A DNA stretch of 64,000 nucleotides from Halocafeteria seosinensis (taxonomy: Eukaryota), in assembly GCA_001687465.1 (NCBI GenBank), contig LVLI01000228.1, positions 1-64,000 on the forward strand, in the 5' to 3' direction. Both the position numbers and the translations under genes were made by a program. The notes below the pieces were generated by a model. The model was given only the letters and a program-made list of their open reading frames with translations. It made no database searches and was not told the DNA's origin. This document shows positions 12,726 to 24,361 of this stretch, in pieces. Each line of letters starts with the position of its first letter. Positions within the stretch are counted from its first letter, which is position 1.

Positions 12726-14495
12726 TCATTCGTGCCTTATTTGGCGTCTGCGGTCCTTCCAAAGGGAGATGTGTGCCCCGATTGTTGCCGTTGCACCCGC
12801 ACAAATGCCCACAGCGCTACTCCACAAAAACGTGACAACGACATGACAAACTCCGGCAAACATTGACAGTGTTTTCACTGTCGAAAGGAAAGTTCCGCTG
12901 TGAATGAACAAGCCTGCTGCAACTACTGCCATCAAAACCATGGACTGTTCAAAAGTTCTGTATACAAATCCAGCGCCAGCTGATGCTACGAAAAAAATAA
13001 CAACGTAGAGCGCATCTATTAAGCAAGCTACAAGTGGTTTCGCTTCTCCGATATGATTGCTCCACACCTGGTCCATAAATGACCACCACACAGGTAAAAT
13101 AACTCCCACAGGAAAACATGCGAGGCCAACAGTCCGCAGCCATCTTCCGGACGACGCCTGGTGAATAATAGTAGGAGCGGGTCCAAGAAACGAGACGGCA
13201 GAATTATTCACATTCTGGCAAAACCTCCTGGCAGCGTATACACCTACCATCGTTCCTAGTAGCGAAACTATACCCCACAAAATAAACAGCAACATGGTTG
13301 AGGCAAAAGGAACGGGTGAGAATGTTCCGTACATGGTACAGAGGCAGCAAAGGAAAGATGCCACCAACAGCACCACGACAGGGAGCAGAGAGGAAGCTAG
13401 CCAAATATCAAGGCTTCGTTTCCAGTAAACAGAAGGAGCAGGTTGGGGCGAAGTGGCAAAGACGTAAGCGCCCCCTACAGTGGAGCCTGCTGAGTATATC
13501 ACCATGCCGCCTAAAGGGGAAATGGAACATGCACTCCCCACAAAGATGATTGCAACACATCCAACTTGAATGCCGCTGCAAACTACTCCATCATAGATGT
13601 AATTTAAAGTTCGCCTTCCCGGCCGAAAGGGTAACATAGTAGTGCTCCGATTGTGTTCCGCCCCATCGCGGACCATGTCTGGCGAGCTCGAGTTACCGCT
13701 CCTGGAAACAACGATGAGAAGTAGCAGGACTGCTATAGCAGAGTTGAGTACTGGAAGATGTTTTAGAAATTGGTTTTCTTCGGTAACGTCGACTTTTTCT
13801 ACTGGTGCAGATGCCGGTGTCCGCTCGTTGTACCACTGGACCTGGTAAAAGAGAACAGCGCTCTCTCCGGAGACAACCTGTACGGGTCTACTTGTAGCCA
13901 TAACAACTCTCGTAATTTTCCCTTCCTGGTTACAATATAGCATGAAGGATGTCATAGTATAAAGGAAATGCCCGTCCATAGGAACCCGACTTTCTTCCGT
14001 CTGAAGTCGTGTTACTCCTACAGGGCCCTTAAGAAGCCGCCCATCTAGGTCCACAAAATAGTGGTAATTTCTATCAATTGCTTCTTTCCAAGTGTCCACG
14101 GTAGTATTGCTAAAGTAGATCTCGCATACGGGTAACGTTCTTCCCGTTTTTACGCGGTACCGAACTTCGAAGGCTGAGGGTAATAGACGTTTGGGACCTA
14201 TGATTCTTCCTTGTCGAACAGGCGTCACGGCTGACCGATCCACCAGGGGCCCTCTGCAATAAGGGAGGCTGTAGTATGGGTACGCCTCCAAAGGTATATT
14301 CGCAGGTCCAACATGGCTCAACCAGGTAGGTATCCGATCACCTTTGCTGAAGGCCCCAGCATCACCTCGTACAACGAATTGTACCAGAAGAATACATAGA
14401 AACACGGGAGCTGCAATCCACATTCTTCCATTCCTTACCACCTCGTTCAAGCCACCCGAGGGCATGGGTACCTGATGCTGCTGTGGATACGACAT
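12726..14495 (-). CDS. Divergent endomembrane protein 70 / nonaspanin (TM9SF family)
   Basis: N-terminal signal, VGPANIPLEAYPYYSLPYC, AIDRNYHY...DG..LKGPVG, FYQVQW, then multiple hydrophobic TM segments. Confidence 0.8.
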   Translation of the reverse strand: MSYPQQHQVPMPSGGLNEVVRNGRMWIAAPVFLCILLVQFVVRGDAGAFSKGDRIPTWLSHVGPANIPLEAYPYYSLPYCRGPLVDRSAVTPVRQGRIIGPKRLLPSAFEVRYRVKTGRTLPVCEIYFSNTTVDTWKEAIDRNYHYFVDLDGRLLKGPVGVTRLQTEESRVPMDGHFLYTMTSFMLYCNQEGKITRVVMATSRPVQVVSGESAVLFYQVQWYNERTPASAPVEKVDVTEENQFLKHLPVLNSAIAVLLLLIVVSRSGNSSSPDMVRDGAEHNRSTTMLPFRPGRRTLNYIYDGVVCSGIQVGCVAIIFVGSACSISPLGGMVIYSAGSTVGGAYVFATSPQPAPSVYWKRSLDIWLASSLLPVVVLLVASFLCCLCTMYGTFSPVPFASTMLLFILWGIVSLLGTMVGVYAARRFCQNVNNSAVSFLGPAPTIIHQASSGRWLRTVGLACFPVGVILPVWWSFMDQVWSNHIGEAKPLVACLIDALYVVIFFVASAGAGFVYRTFEQSMVLMAVVAAGLFIHSGTFLSTVKTLSMFAGVCHVVVTFLWSSAVGICAGATATIGAHISLWKDRRRQIRHE

Positions 14496-14766
14496 ACATG
14501 CACATTCATTTCAGCTGGGCAACTCCTTTTATCAAATAATGCGGCCTCGACTTGGGCTCTGGAAAATGTACTTGTGTGCAGGGAGCACCACCACCAGCAC
14601 GCCGTGAGGCCTTCCTTGCTTCCTGGAGGGTTGACTCGGGGTTGCAGCTAACTTCCAGAGTTGTGTATCCTACCTCAGTATACTCAATTTCTCAAGCTAG
14701 GGTAGTTTGTTGTCATATTACAATTATGACTATGGAATGAATCAATCAAACCAACCCATCCCCTGA

Positions 14767-14768
<2 letters not shown>

Positions 14769-14803
<35 letters not shown>
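14769..14803. repeat. (TG)17 microsatellite upstream of COQ8
   Basis: Direct reading of the sequence. Confidence 0.95.
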
Positions 14804-14806
<3 letters not shown>

Positions 14807-14836
14807 CGGTATCATACAGACCGACCGGAGACTCGG

Positions 14837-17059
14837 ATGGCACAAGGAGGAGGAGGAAGAGGGGGCTACTCCTCCTTAGCGCGTGATATACAGCGCGTTA
14901 TACACGGTATGACGCTCGTAGCTGAATCAATGGTTCGAGAGCAAGTATGTCATGCCATCTTGCATCATTTTCTGGTGTTGTGTATGCGTCATTCCTGACG
15001 TCAGACACCTGCATGACGTCATGTGGAGGTGGAATGGCTACTTAATCTTCCTTGTATCATTATTATGCAGACACCCTTGGTTCGAAGGAGGCTCAATAGA
15101 CTCTCTGCCCACTCGTCGGAACTGGTAGCTCGAGCCCCGGAGGGGCTCTCGTATGTGGCGTCCAACCTGCAGCACATACGTCCCTTGGATACCCTATGGC
15201 AGCAGCAACAACAGCCACACGAGGAAGATAGTAATAGTAATGGGTCAGTACCGTTTTCCGCTTCTTCGGTAGAGGAGTATGTACCGACGAATGCACCCAA
15301 GAGTCTGGATGAATTACCCAGTCTTCTCACTGGAACCCAGCAGCCGCAGCAACAGACTCAAGGCCACCATATCACACGAGACAGTACGATAGACTTGGCC
15401 TCTGGCATGCAAACAGCTACGCCGACTACCTCATCGGCGGACTTTCTCAATAGAAACGGTAAAACTCAGTCTGCGGCAACGGAGGAAAATTATTCGTCTT
15501 TGTCCGGTGGTCATGCTGCTGCAGACGGGATAGTGGAGGAGACTTCGGGAGCGTACGAAGACGCCCCGCGAAAGAAACTACGCGAAAGGAGTGTACCTTC
15601 GAGCTCTCTAGGACGTTTATTCGGATTTGGGCGAATGGCTGCTGGTCTTGCCTTTGGAACTGCCTCTGACTGGGTTCGGCGCTCCGTGTCAGCTGAGAAG
15701 AATGGCGAAGCGGGCGACAGTTTCTTTATGACACAGGGTAATGCCGAGCGACTGGCTGCAGGATTGTCTCGTATGCGTGGTGCGGCGCTAAAAGTTGGAC
15801 AAATGCTTAGTTTACAGGATGAGGACATTCTTCCCAAGCCGATTGCAGATGCTCTAGAGACAGTTAGACAGCAAGCAGATATGATGCCGAGGCGCCAGTT
15901 AGACAGAATGTTGAAATCCGAGTTGGGTGATAACTGGAGGGAAATGTTTGAGGAATTTGACGAAACTCCTATCGCAGCTGCATCTATCGGCCAGGTCCAC
16001 AAGGGAAAATTGAAAGATGGACGAACTGTCGCTATGAAAGTTCAATACCCTGGTGTTGCTGAGAGCATTGATTCAGATCTAAACAACTTCGAAAGATTAC
16101 TCAAGTTTGGAGACTTTTTCCCAAAAGGATTATACCTTGACAGCATGCTCGAAGTGGCCCGGGAGGAACTCAAGCTGGAGTGTGACTATCTGAATGAAGC
16201 CGCGTGCCAGAAGAAGTTCAGAGCCCTACTTGACGATGACCCAGACTTTGTTGTACCCGACGTTGTTGATGAACTAACATCCAGGAAAGTGCTGACATCG
16301 ACATGGGTCGCAGGCTTTCCTATCGACAAGACTGTATCTCTACCAGTTGATATTCGCAATGGGATTGCCCGAAGGCTGCTACGGTTGACTTTGCGCGAAC
16401 TCTTTGAATTCCGCTTCATGCAAACAGATCCAAACTGGGGGAACTTCTTTTACGACCCGAAGACAGGTAAAATAGGACTCTTAGATTTTGGTGCTAGCCG
16501 CAGTTATAGGAAGCCATTCATCGACAACTACTTGAAGCTTGTATGGGCTGCTTCGAATAACGACAAGGATACGCTGCTCCAACAGTCACTAAATCTTGGT
16601 TTTCTGACTGGCCATGAGAGTCCGATGATGACCGAAGCACATGTAGATGCCGGCATGGTCGTAGGTGAACCGTTTCGCACAAGTGGATCATTTGATTTCA
16701 AGCAAGGGGGCATCACAGCTCGTGTGACGAAACACGGAAACGTATTTGCTCATCATCGGTTGACGCCTCCTCCTCCAGAGACGTATAGTCTTCACCGGAA
16801 ACTGTCTGGTGCCTTTCTGATATGCATTCATATTGGTGCCAATATCCCATGTAGGGATCTACTCGAGAAGCTTTACAGTGAGTATAAGTGGGGGTCCGAC
16901 GAAAGGGATCCAGCTCCGAAGTTGACATATGACACAGTGGCTGCATCTCTGCAACGTCCAGATATTCAAACTAGATTGGAGCATGCTCATGGATTAGAAA
17001 CTCGACCAGAAATGGTCGAAAAGCAGGCTGCAGGCAACGCGACGGGGCAACGAGTTTGA
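14837..17059 (+). CDS. COQ8: ABC1/UbiB atypical kinase COQ8, 2 exons
   Basis: RGAALKVGQMLS (KxGQ), AAASIGQVH, KVQYPGVA, MQTDPNWGNF, LLDFGA and PPPETYSLHRKLSG. In-frame intron at 14945-15070. Confidence 0.93.
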
Positions 17060-17677
17060 TTGCGAACATTCTTGAATGCATGCGCGATTAGCGTCTCGAG
17101 ATACCTGTTACTCATCCTTAGTGGCTCCGAGGCTCTGAAGTCTGGGCACATTAACCGAGGATGTCGTTGCCTAGCTGCATCTGGCCCCTTGCTGAAATTT
17201 GAGTTGGGTATTATGTGCAAAGTACCCATCATAGTATTTTGAAGACGCTTTCATGGATAGTAAGTACAGGATGCGTTTCAATAACACTTTTAAGTATTCC
17301 ATAATGCTACCCCAAAGCATGCACTTTATGGATTGCACTGTTCAGCTGGGTAGACCTAGTCGAGTACGTAAAAGCTTCGTGGAGAGGACTGGGACTAAAA
17401 ACATACGGAGTGGATATTAGTGTTGTTTGTACTCAGTGACTGCGTTAAACGGTTTTGACACGTTGGTCCTTGATTATCGTCTCTGCTCGGTCAGTGTAAG
17501 AAGCCACTAACAAACCAACTCAATTATTATAAGTGTTTAACCGCTCACCGAGTAAAGTTTGCCTACTTCGTTGAACTAGTAAAATGTACGACATGTACCA
17601 GCATTCATCGATGGTAATAATTCTTTGCATTCTTCGCTCCGCGTATTATCGATCCCGTATATAGCAAGTTCCGCTAC

Positions 17678-19614
17678 TTATCGGCACCCCCTAACCAACG
17701 ATAAAAGGGAAGTCTTATATCCAAACGTCGTCGTCCCAGTATGGTGTGCCGCCAAAACGGCAAATTGGTGAGTTAATGAAATCTTGGTTATGTAGTCAAT
17801 ATGTTTCTTAGGAACTCCTTGAACCAGACGTTCGAATTGCTCCTCGAGATTTTCTTTCGTTTTGGCCTCTTGTACCCGCGTCCATAGCTTATACGCTTCG
17901 GCATTAGTTTTCTTGGCGATGTTGTCTCCTCTATGTTTTGCGCAGCAGAGGAAGTGTGCGTCGCCGAAAGTGGATCGATACGCTTTCGCTCCCCCCTTGT
18001 CGCCGTCCGCCACGAAGATCGTCTTCTCGTCATCTATCGAAGGATAACAAGCCTTGACAAATGAGTAGAAGTCTTCCCAGGATTCGGCACATTCGTTGAG
18101 GAGGTGCAACCGGAAAGCGGTGCATATCGCATTCTGGTTTGCGTTGTACGTCCAGAGGGAGAATAATATCCCGGGTTTATCATCCTGCGTATGGGCCACA
18201 TCGCCAACATATATACGAGGCAATGCTTCGATAGGAGTTGTCCTTGGAGAAACAAAAACAGACCGTATGTATGTCGAGTCAGGAGGAATCTCGGGTAGTT
18301 CTACTTGCGTTTCATCAAACGGCGGCATCTCTGCTCGTTTTTCTGGCCTCATGTTTTGCAATTTCTGTTTGTAGTTGAACTCTTCAACTTGTATGGCGAC
18401 TTGGCGCATTTCCTCCGCTCCGGCGTAGTCGATGTGTGTGTGTGATGTCCTTCCTCTTTGAACATTTCTAGGAGTATTGGAACCATTTTAATGGTTTCCG
18501 CGTCGTCACCATCGACACTTCCTTTGGAAAGCTGTCGAATTCTGGTAATCATAGAATCGGAAATCTCCATTCCAGCGCGCAAGGATCCAATATGCCCGCA
18601 GATCTCCGAAGCTATAACAGCGGATCTTTGGACGGCGGATCGTCGTTTGGCAACAATTCCAGCGAGCAGAATAAGGAATGCTCTNTNCTCNNCCACCAGC
18701 TTGCCCCTCCACCCTCTTCGCGCAGTTGTTGTGAAATGTAAACTTCTGTGACCTTCCATGGCCTCCCTTTTGATGCTGAAGGAGAGAAAGATCCTTTGAC
18801 GATAAAACTTGTTTCTTCATCATAGGACACGAGCTTTATAAACGTCAGGTTGCTATACTTCACCTTCGGAACGATACCTAAAAGTAAGCACAGTTCTTTC
18901 GCTCGAATAAGGAGCTCCTCCTTGCTTCGATAGCAGTCTTTTTCTTGTATAATGAAGCCGATCCCTTTGTGATTAAGCTCCGCGAATGGGCGAGGGCATA
19001 CAGGGTCCGTCTCCTTTGCTTCACTAGCATGCTCCCTGGCTTTCTTCTTCAGGATAAGCCTGGAGACCAGCTCAAACCAACATAGACAATAATATTGTAG
19101 CCAGGTATTTACCACACGCTGAACATACCATCGGTCTCGCGTTTCTCCTTCTTCAGTATCGGTACCTGTCCTGATGTTGTGGATGTATGCTCGCTCTTCT
19201 TCAGAGCAAAACAACTCCACAGCATCCGCATCATCCTCGGCGTCGCCATTTGAATTCGCTGCAGCAGCTGGTGCGCGCGCGGATGCAGCACTTCTTGCCC
19301 GAGTAATCATGGTATATAGTGCCTATTTGGCAACAACTGAGACTACAGTATGATGTGTAAATCTCAAACAACCGTATATGTAATTCAAGCAGTTGTACTT
19401 TGGCGCATATCTACAATATCTACCCAGTAATATGATGGCCCAAAGCGGATTTTGGGATTTGTTATCACACAAATGACGGAAAGTTTGTGCCGTTATCACA
19501 AAATTGAAGTTTTGACATTTTGTGATCACAATATTGAATTTATCAGAAAACTTTTTCGAAGGAGGTACTGGGCTGGGTGGAACCTCTGGAAATATATGAA
19601 AATTTGAAACTCCC
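17678..19614 (-). mobile_element. Truncated Mutator-like (MULE) DNA transposon with a fragmented transposase
   Basis: YVGDVAH, FVADGDKG..KA....F..AHFLCCAKH (CxxH) and FGYKTS match the MULE DDE domain. Three overlapping minus-strand ORFs (18612-19310, 18349-18759, 17678-18409) with Ns at one junction. AT-rich upstream region with atcacaaaat/attttgtgat inverted repeats at 19495-19526. The boundary is approximate. Confidence 0.8.
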
Positions 19615-19789
19615 TAGCGGAAACGCACGTATCGACTTGACGGTCCATGTAATCTGCAATCGAACCGTGCCACTGACGTAACTCACGTATAGAACGGAAA
19701 TGGAGAGTTAGGTGGTGAATTAGTGGTGGGAAGTATTAGAACACAGCGGAACATGTAGTATTTATACGCCAGTAACGCATCCTGGTAAA

Positions 19790-22700
19790 TTAGATTTGAT
19801 CCTCATACTGGTAGCCAGGCTCTTCTTCGAGCGCTGGTTGCTCCTCGCCGGCCACTGGCTTCTTCCCCTTCCCTTTGGCCTTGTACAGTATCAAAGCTGC
19901 TACAATGGCTACGAAGACGAGGGCGCCAATTACAATCCCAGCAATAGCACCACCACCAAGCGCATCATCCTGGGCAGCACCTCCACCTCCAGTCGGTTGA
20001 CTGGGTGATACCGATGCCGTGACGGAAGGTGTCGCTGAGTTCGACGGGGTTATAGAGGGGCTGGACGAATGACTAGGAGTAGATGTCGGCGTCTCCGATG
20101 GGGTGACCGACGGTGAGGGTGTAGCTGTGGTTGCATCTGGAGTGCCTGTGGTAGAGGGAGTAACAGAAGGCGATGGAGTCTCGGACGGTGTAACTGAGGG
20201 TGTTCCTGTGTTGGAAGGAGTAGTGGACGGCGTGCTTGAAGGAGATGGAGTGGCAGTCGTTGGGTCCGGGGTACCTGTGGTCGACGGCGTAACACTAGTT
20301 GAAGGAGTCTCCGAGGGCGAAGGCGTCTGTGAGCTAGTAGGTGTAGCAGAAACCGACGTCGTCGCCGTAGAAGAAACAGAGCCAGAAGGCGTGATAGTAC
20401 CCGTGGCAGTCACTGAGGACGATGGACTCTCAGATGGAGTAACAGAAGGAGTGACGGAGTTTGAAGGGGTTTCGGAAGGAGTGACAGACGGCGACGGCGT
20501 ACTTGTGGTAGCATCTGGAGTCCCTGTAGTGGACGGTGTAATGCTACTCGACGGAGATTCCGAAGGTGTAATACTTGAAGAAGGAGTCTCCGACGGGGTT
20601 GTGCTTGGAGACGCAGTTTCTGAAGGCGAAGGACTAGACGAGGACGTTCGTGATAACGTGGGAGTTCGGGAATTGGTCGGTGTTTCAGATATCGAAGCTG
20701 TCGCCGTGACAGATACACTTGATGTCATGGTAGCGGTGACCGAAGCACTCTCAGAAGGAGTGACAGAGTTCGAAGGGGTTTCGGAAGGAGTGACAGAGTT
20801 TGACGCGGTTTCGGACGGAGTGGCAGAGGGAGATGGAGTGCTTGTAGTAGCATCTGGAGTCCCTGTAGTGGACGGTGTTATACTGCTCGACGGAGACTCG
20901 GAAGGTGTAATGCTACTCGACGGAGATTCCGAAGGTGTAATGCTTGAAGAAGGAGTCTCCGAGGGGGTTGTGCTTGGAGACGCAGTCTCGGAGGGTGAAG
21001 GACTAGGGGAAGACGTCCGCGATAATGTGGGAGTTCGGGAATTGGTCGGTGTTTCGGATATCGAAGCTGTCGCCGTGATGGTTACTGTCGGCGTTCCCGT
21101 CGTTGTAGCCGAAGCAGAAACAGACGGCGTGTTAGTAACCGTGGCGCTGACGGACGATGAAGCGCTCTCCGAAGCTGTGACTGAAGGAGTGACAGAGTTT
21201 GAAGCGGTTTCAGAAGGTGTAATGGAAGGAGACGGAGTGCTTGTAGTAGCATCCGGAGTCCCTGTAGTGGACGGTGTAATGCTACTACTCGGAGACTCTG
21301 AAGGTGTAACACTTGTCGAAGGAGTTTCGGACGCGGACGTGCTCGGACTGCCGCTAACCGAAGGGGTTACACTGTTAGAAGGACTCTCCGATGGTGTGAC
21401 GCTTGGGGAGACGGAGCTCGACGCCGAGGTGCTCGGTGAAATACTACCAGAGGCGGTGACTGACGGGGAGCCAGTCATAGAAGGCGAAGCACTGGTGCTT
21501 GGTGATTCAGAGCCGGACGGCGAACTTGAAGGGCTTATACTCTTCGAAGGTGTAATGGAACCAGATGGGCTCTCTGATGGTGTCGCTGAAGTAGAGGGGC
21601 TCCCGGAAGGGGTAACTGAAGTAGAAGGACTCCCGGAAGGAGTAACTGAAGTCGATGGACTTTCCGAGGGCGTAGCTGACGTAGAGGGGCTTTCGGACGG
21701 CGTGACTGAATTGGAGGGACTTTCCGATGGGGTGCCGGAGATTGATGGCGTAACTGACGGAGTCGCTCCGGACGGTGTTACTGATGGTGTTACCGATGGA
21801 GAAGGAGATTCAGACGGTGTAACAGATGGCGATGCGCTCGTGGAAGGAGAAATCGAAGCAGTTCCCGTTATCGAAGTAGTAGCACTTGTTGAAGGAGACT
21901 CCGAGGGTGATATCGACGGGGTCGCACTTGTTGAGGGAGACTCCGAGGGCGATGCCGAGGGTGATATCGATGGCGTCACACTTCCTGAAGGGGACTCCGA
22001 AGGTGATATCGATGGGGTCACACTTGCTGAAGGGGACTCCGAAGGTGAAATCGACGGCGTCGCACTGGTAGAAGGAGACTCTGATGGTGACTCCGACGGC
22101 GATATGGAAGAGGTCACACTGGGTGACGAGGACTCAGATGGTGATACGGATGGGGTCACACTGTTTGAAGGTGATTCCGAGGGTGAAATTGATGGGGTCA
22201 CACTGTTCGAAGGGGATTCAGAAGGTGTACCTGAAATCGAGGGTGAAATTGATGGAGTCGCACTGTTTGAAGGTGATTCCGAGGGCGATACGGATGGGGT
22301 TGCACTGGTTGAGGGAGATTCCGAGGGTGAAATCGACGGGGTCATACTGTTTGAAGGTGATTCCGAGGGTGAAATTGACGGGGTCACACTGTTCGAGGGC
22401 GACTCGGACGGTGTCACGCTGGTTGACGGAGATTCCGAGGGTGAAATCGACGGGGTTACACTGTTTGAAGGAGATTCCGAAGGAGTGACGGACTCCGAAG
22501 GTGTGACAGAGTTCGATGGCGACTCGGACGGTGTCACGCTAGTCGACGGAGATTCCGAGGGTGAAATCGAAGGGGTAACACTGTTAGAAGGTGATTCCGA
22601 CGGGGTAACACTGTTTGAAGGAGACTCCGAAGGCGTAACAGACGTCGATGGTGTAAACGACGGTGTCGCACTATTTGAGGGGGATTCTGATGGTGTTACC

Positions 22701-22810
22701 GACGTGGAGGGGGAAATGCTCGGTGTAGGTGATGCAGACTGTCCGCTCACACCTCCAAGCAGCATAGCCATTGAGGCCACTAAGATCGCGGCCTGATTTT
22801 TCCCTTTCAT
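19790..22810 (-). CDS. Ser/Thr/Pro-rich mucin-like type I membrane protein
   Basis: Signal peptide MKGKNQAAILVASMAMLLGGVSG, about 900 aa of TPSESPSNSV-type repeats, TM segment AIAGIVIGALVFVAIVAALILY, a basic stop-transfer and a short acidic tail. Confidence 0.9.
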   Translation of the reverse strand: MKGKNQAAILVASMAMLLGGVSGQSASPTPSISPSTSVTPSESPSNSATPSFTPSTSVTPSESPSNSVTPSESPSNSVTPSISPSESPSTSVTPSESPSNSVTPSESVTPSESPSNSVTPSISPSESPSTSVTPSESPSNSVTPSISPSESPSNSMTPSISPSESPSTSATPSVSPSESPSNSATPSISPSISGTPSESPSNSVTPSISPSESPSNSVTPSVSPSESSSPSVTSSISPSESPSESPSTSATPSISPSESPSASVTPSISPSESPSGSVTPSISPSASPSESPSTSATPSISPSESPSTSATTSITGTASISPSTSASPSVTPSESPSPSVTPSVTPSGATPSVTPSISGTPSESPSNSVTPSESPSTSATPSESPSTSVTPSGSPSTSVTPSGSPSTSATPSESPSGSITPSKSISPSSSPSGSESPSTSASPSMTGSPSVTASGSISPSTSASSSVSPSVTPSESPSNSVTPSVSGSPSTSASETPSTSVTPSESPSSSITPSTTGTPDATTSTPSPSITPSETASNSVTPSVTASESASSSVSATVTNTPSVSASATTTGTPTVTITATASISETPTNSRTPTLSRTSSPSPSPSETASPSTTPSETPSSSITPSESPSSSITPSESPSSSITPSTTGTPDATTSTPSPSATPSETASNSVTPSETPSNSVTPSESASVTATMTSSVSVTATASISETPTNSRTPTLSRTSSSSPSPSETASPSTTPSETPSSSITPSESPSSSITPSTTGTPDATTSTPSPSVTPSETPSNSVTPSVTPSESPSSSVTATGTITPSGSVSSTATTSVSATPTSSQTPSPSETPSTSVTPSTTGTPDPTTATPSPSSTPSTTPSNTGTPSVTPSETPSPSVTPSTTGTPDATTATPSPSVTPSETPTSTPSHSSSPSITPSNSATPSVTASVSPSQPTGGGGAAQDDALGGGAIAGIVIGALVFVAIVAALILYKAKGKGKKPVAGEEQPALEEEPGYQYEDQI

Positions 22811-24361
22811 CTTCTCGTTCTTCCTTCTTCTTAGGTTATCTGCATCCCACACGGAATAAAACAACAATTTAAGGACGTTCGCGTTCAAATCTATGTTTCT
22901 GCGAAAAGCGAGCTTCGCGCACAGCCGTCGCACACACGCCGGAGTCTTATGTTCGGAAAGCCGTTAAACGTTCTTCCAACCGAGGAGAAATCCAATGGTA
23001 CAACTCAGTCTTACATGATGAATACTTGTTGACTTCTCGTACAAGCCCTTCTTGTCCATATACTACACCGGGGAGCTTGAGACAAAATCGACGCGCGCCC
23101 ACGAGCCACCTTTTTTGGCCCCCTTTAGCATCCCCTGACTTCGAACCGATGACAGTTATTTACAGGGGGGGGGGGAGCTCGAACGTTGAGCCTCGGGAGA
23201 ACATTGGCGTGTGCTGTGGGTATACATGCCAAAACATACCTCGACAAGGCTCACTTCTCTCGCAAATGGTCCTCTGGAATAAACTATGTGGAATGAAAGA
23301 AGCACAGTCGAGCTTTCTTTCGTATAGCTGCTTGTTCTTCAAAAGCCCAGCTCGCAAACTTGGGCTCGCAAACTCACGCTGTTTAGAGTCAACAGCACAG
23401 GCAACACAAAAAATATAATTGGATACGATTTCCTTTTCGCTAGTCCTTTTTTCCGTCGGTCGTTCGATGGCAATGCATTTCAATCGCTCAACTGGCGCGG
23501 CATCTACTCGGAGTCCGGACAGGACATCCTGCTCGTTATCTCGGAACGGACTTGAAGGCCGACTTCTCCCTGCCCTTGCGCGGGAGCTGCGGCGGGAAGA
23601 TCGCAATCCAAGCCCATCCCTTCGGAAGATCTTCCCCGGACTTCCCAGCCCTCTTTGTCCAGCTGATAATAACCGCCAGCTAGAGAACACGCACTCCCGG
23701 ACATGCTATACTGGCTCTATACAGTGTATACCGAAAAAAACTGCCCTCTCGCCAAACCAGTAGGTGGTTGTGCGTGGGCCCAACCAACAGACGAAAGACT
23801 GACCTTCCTTACTTCCTTGACTTCCAAGAGTCAATATATCTCCGCCATCTCGGCGCGAGAGCAGCAGCAGTAATCGAGAGCCAATGCACTTGGGTGCGGC
23901 TGGCTGCTCCGAATGTTCGGCACAATACACACACTTTCCCCACAAAACCTACTCCAATGCGGTTATTCGTACTTGTTATGAGAGCATCGATCTCTCCACC
24001 TGACTTACTTGGTAGCAATATCGTCGTGGCTGTGTTCTTTTCTCCAAGCCCCCCTTCCGTCGGCCTTCTCAAACAGCTCTCTAGTGCTCAGAGAGGACAC
24101 AATTATGCTAGCTCAGCTTTATATATGGAGGTCTCCACTGCTGATACACCCACGCACTGAAGGCCATTCGTAGAGTCCAGAGTCAGATAGACACCAATGA
24201 GGGACAAGTAACTTCGCAGAGGATTCCCGGTATATTGGGGAGTCTGACGAGTCTGACTCCAACTGTACCAAAGAACACGCACTTCCTTGCCGCCGCAGCG
24301 ATATAGCGTACGAAGTCTAAAATCGCATGCAGTGTCACTCTTTCGTCAGGCAGCATGCTGT

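Noticed and set aside
20103..22796. 897-aa plus-strand ORF rich in G/V/E/D
   Set aside because: It is the antisense shadow of the S/T/P repeat gene. The signal peptide and TM anchor are on the minus strand.
23026..24160. Several overlapping 60-176 aa ORFs between the mucin and FMO genes
   Set aside because: No recognisable motif, consistent strand or splice structure.
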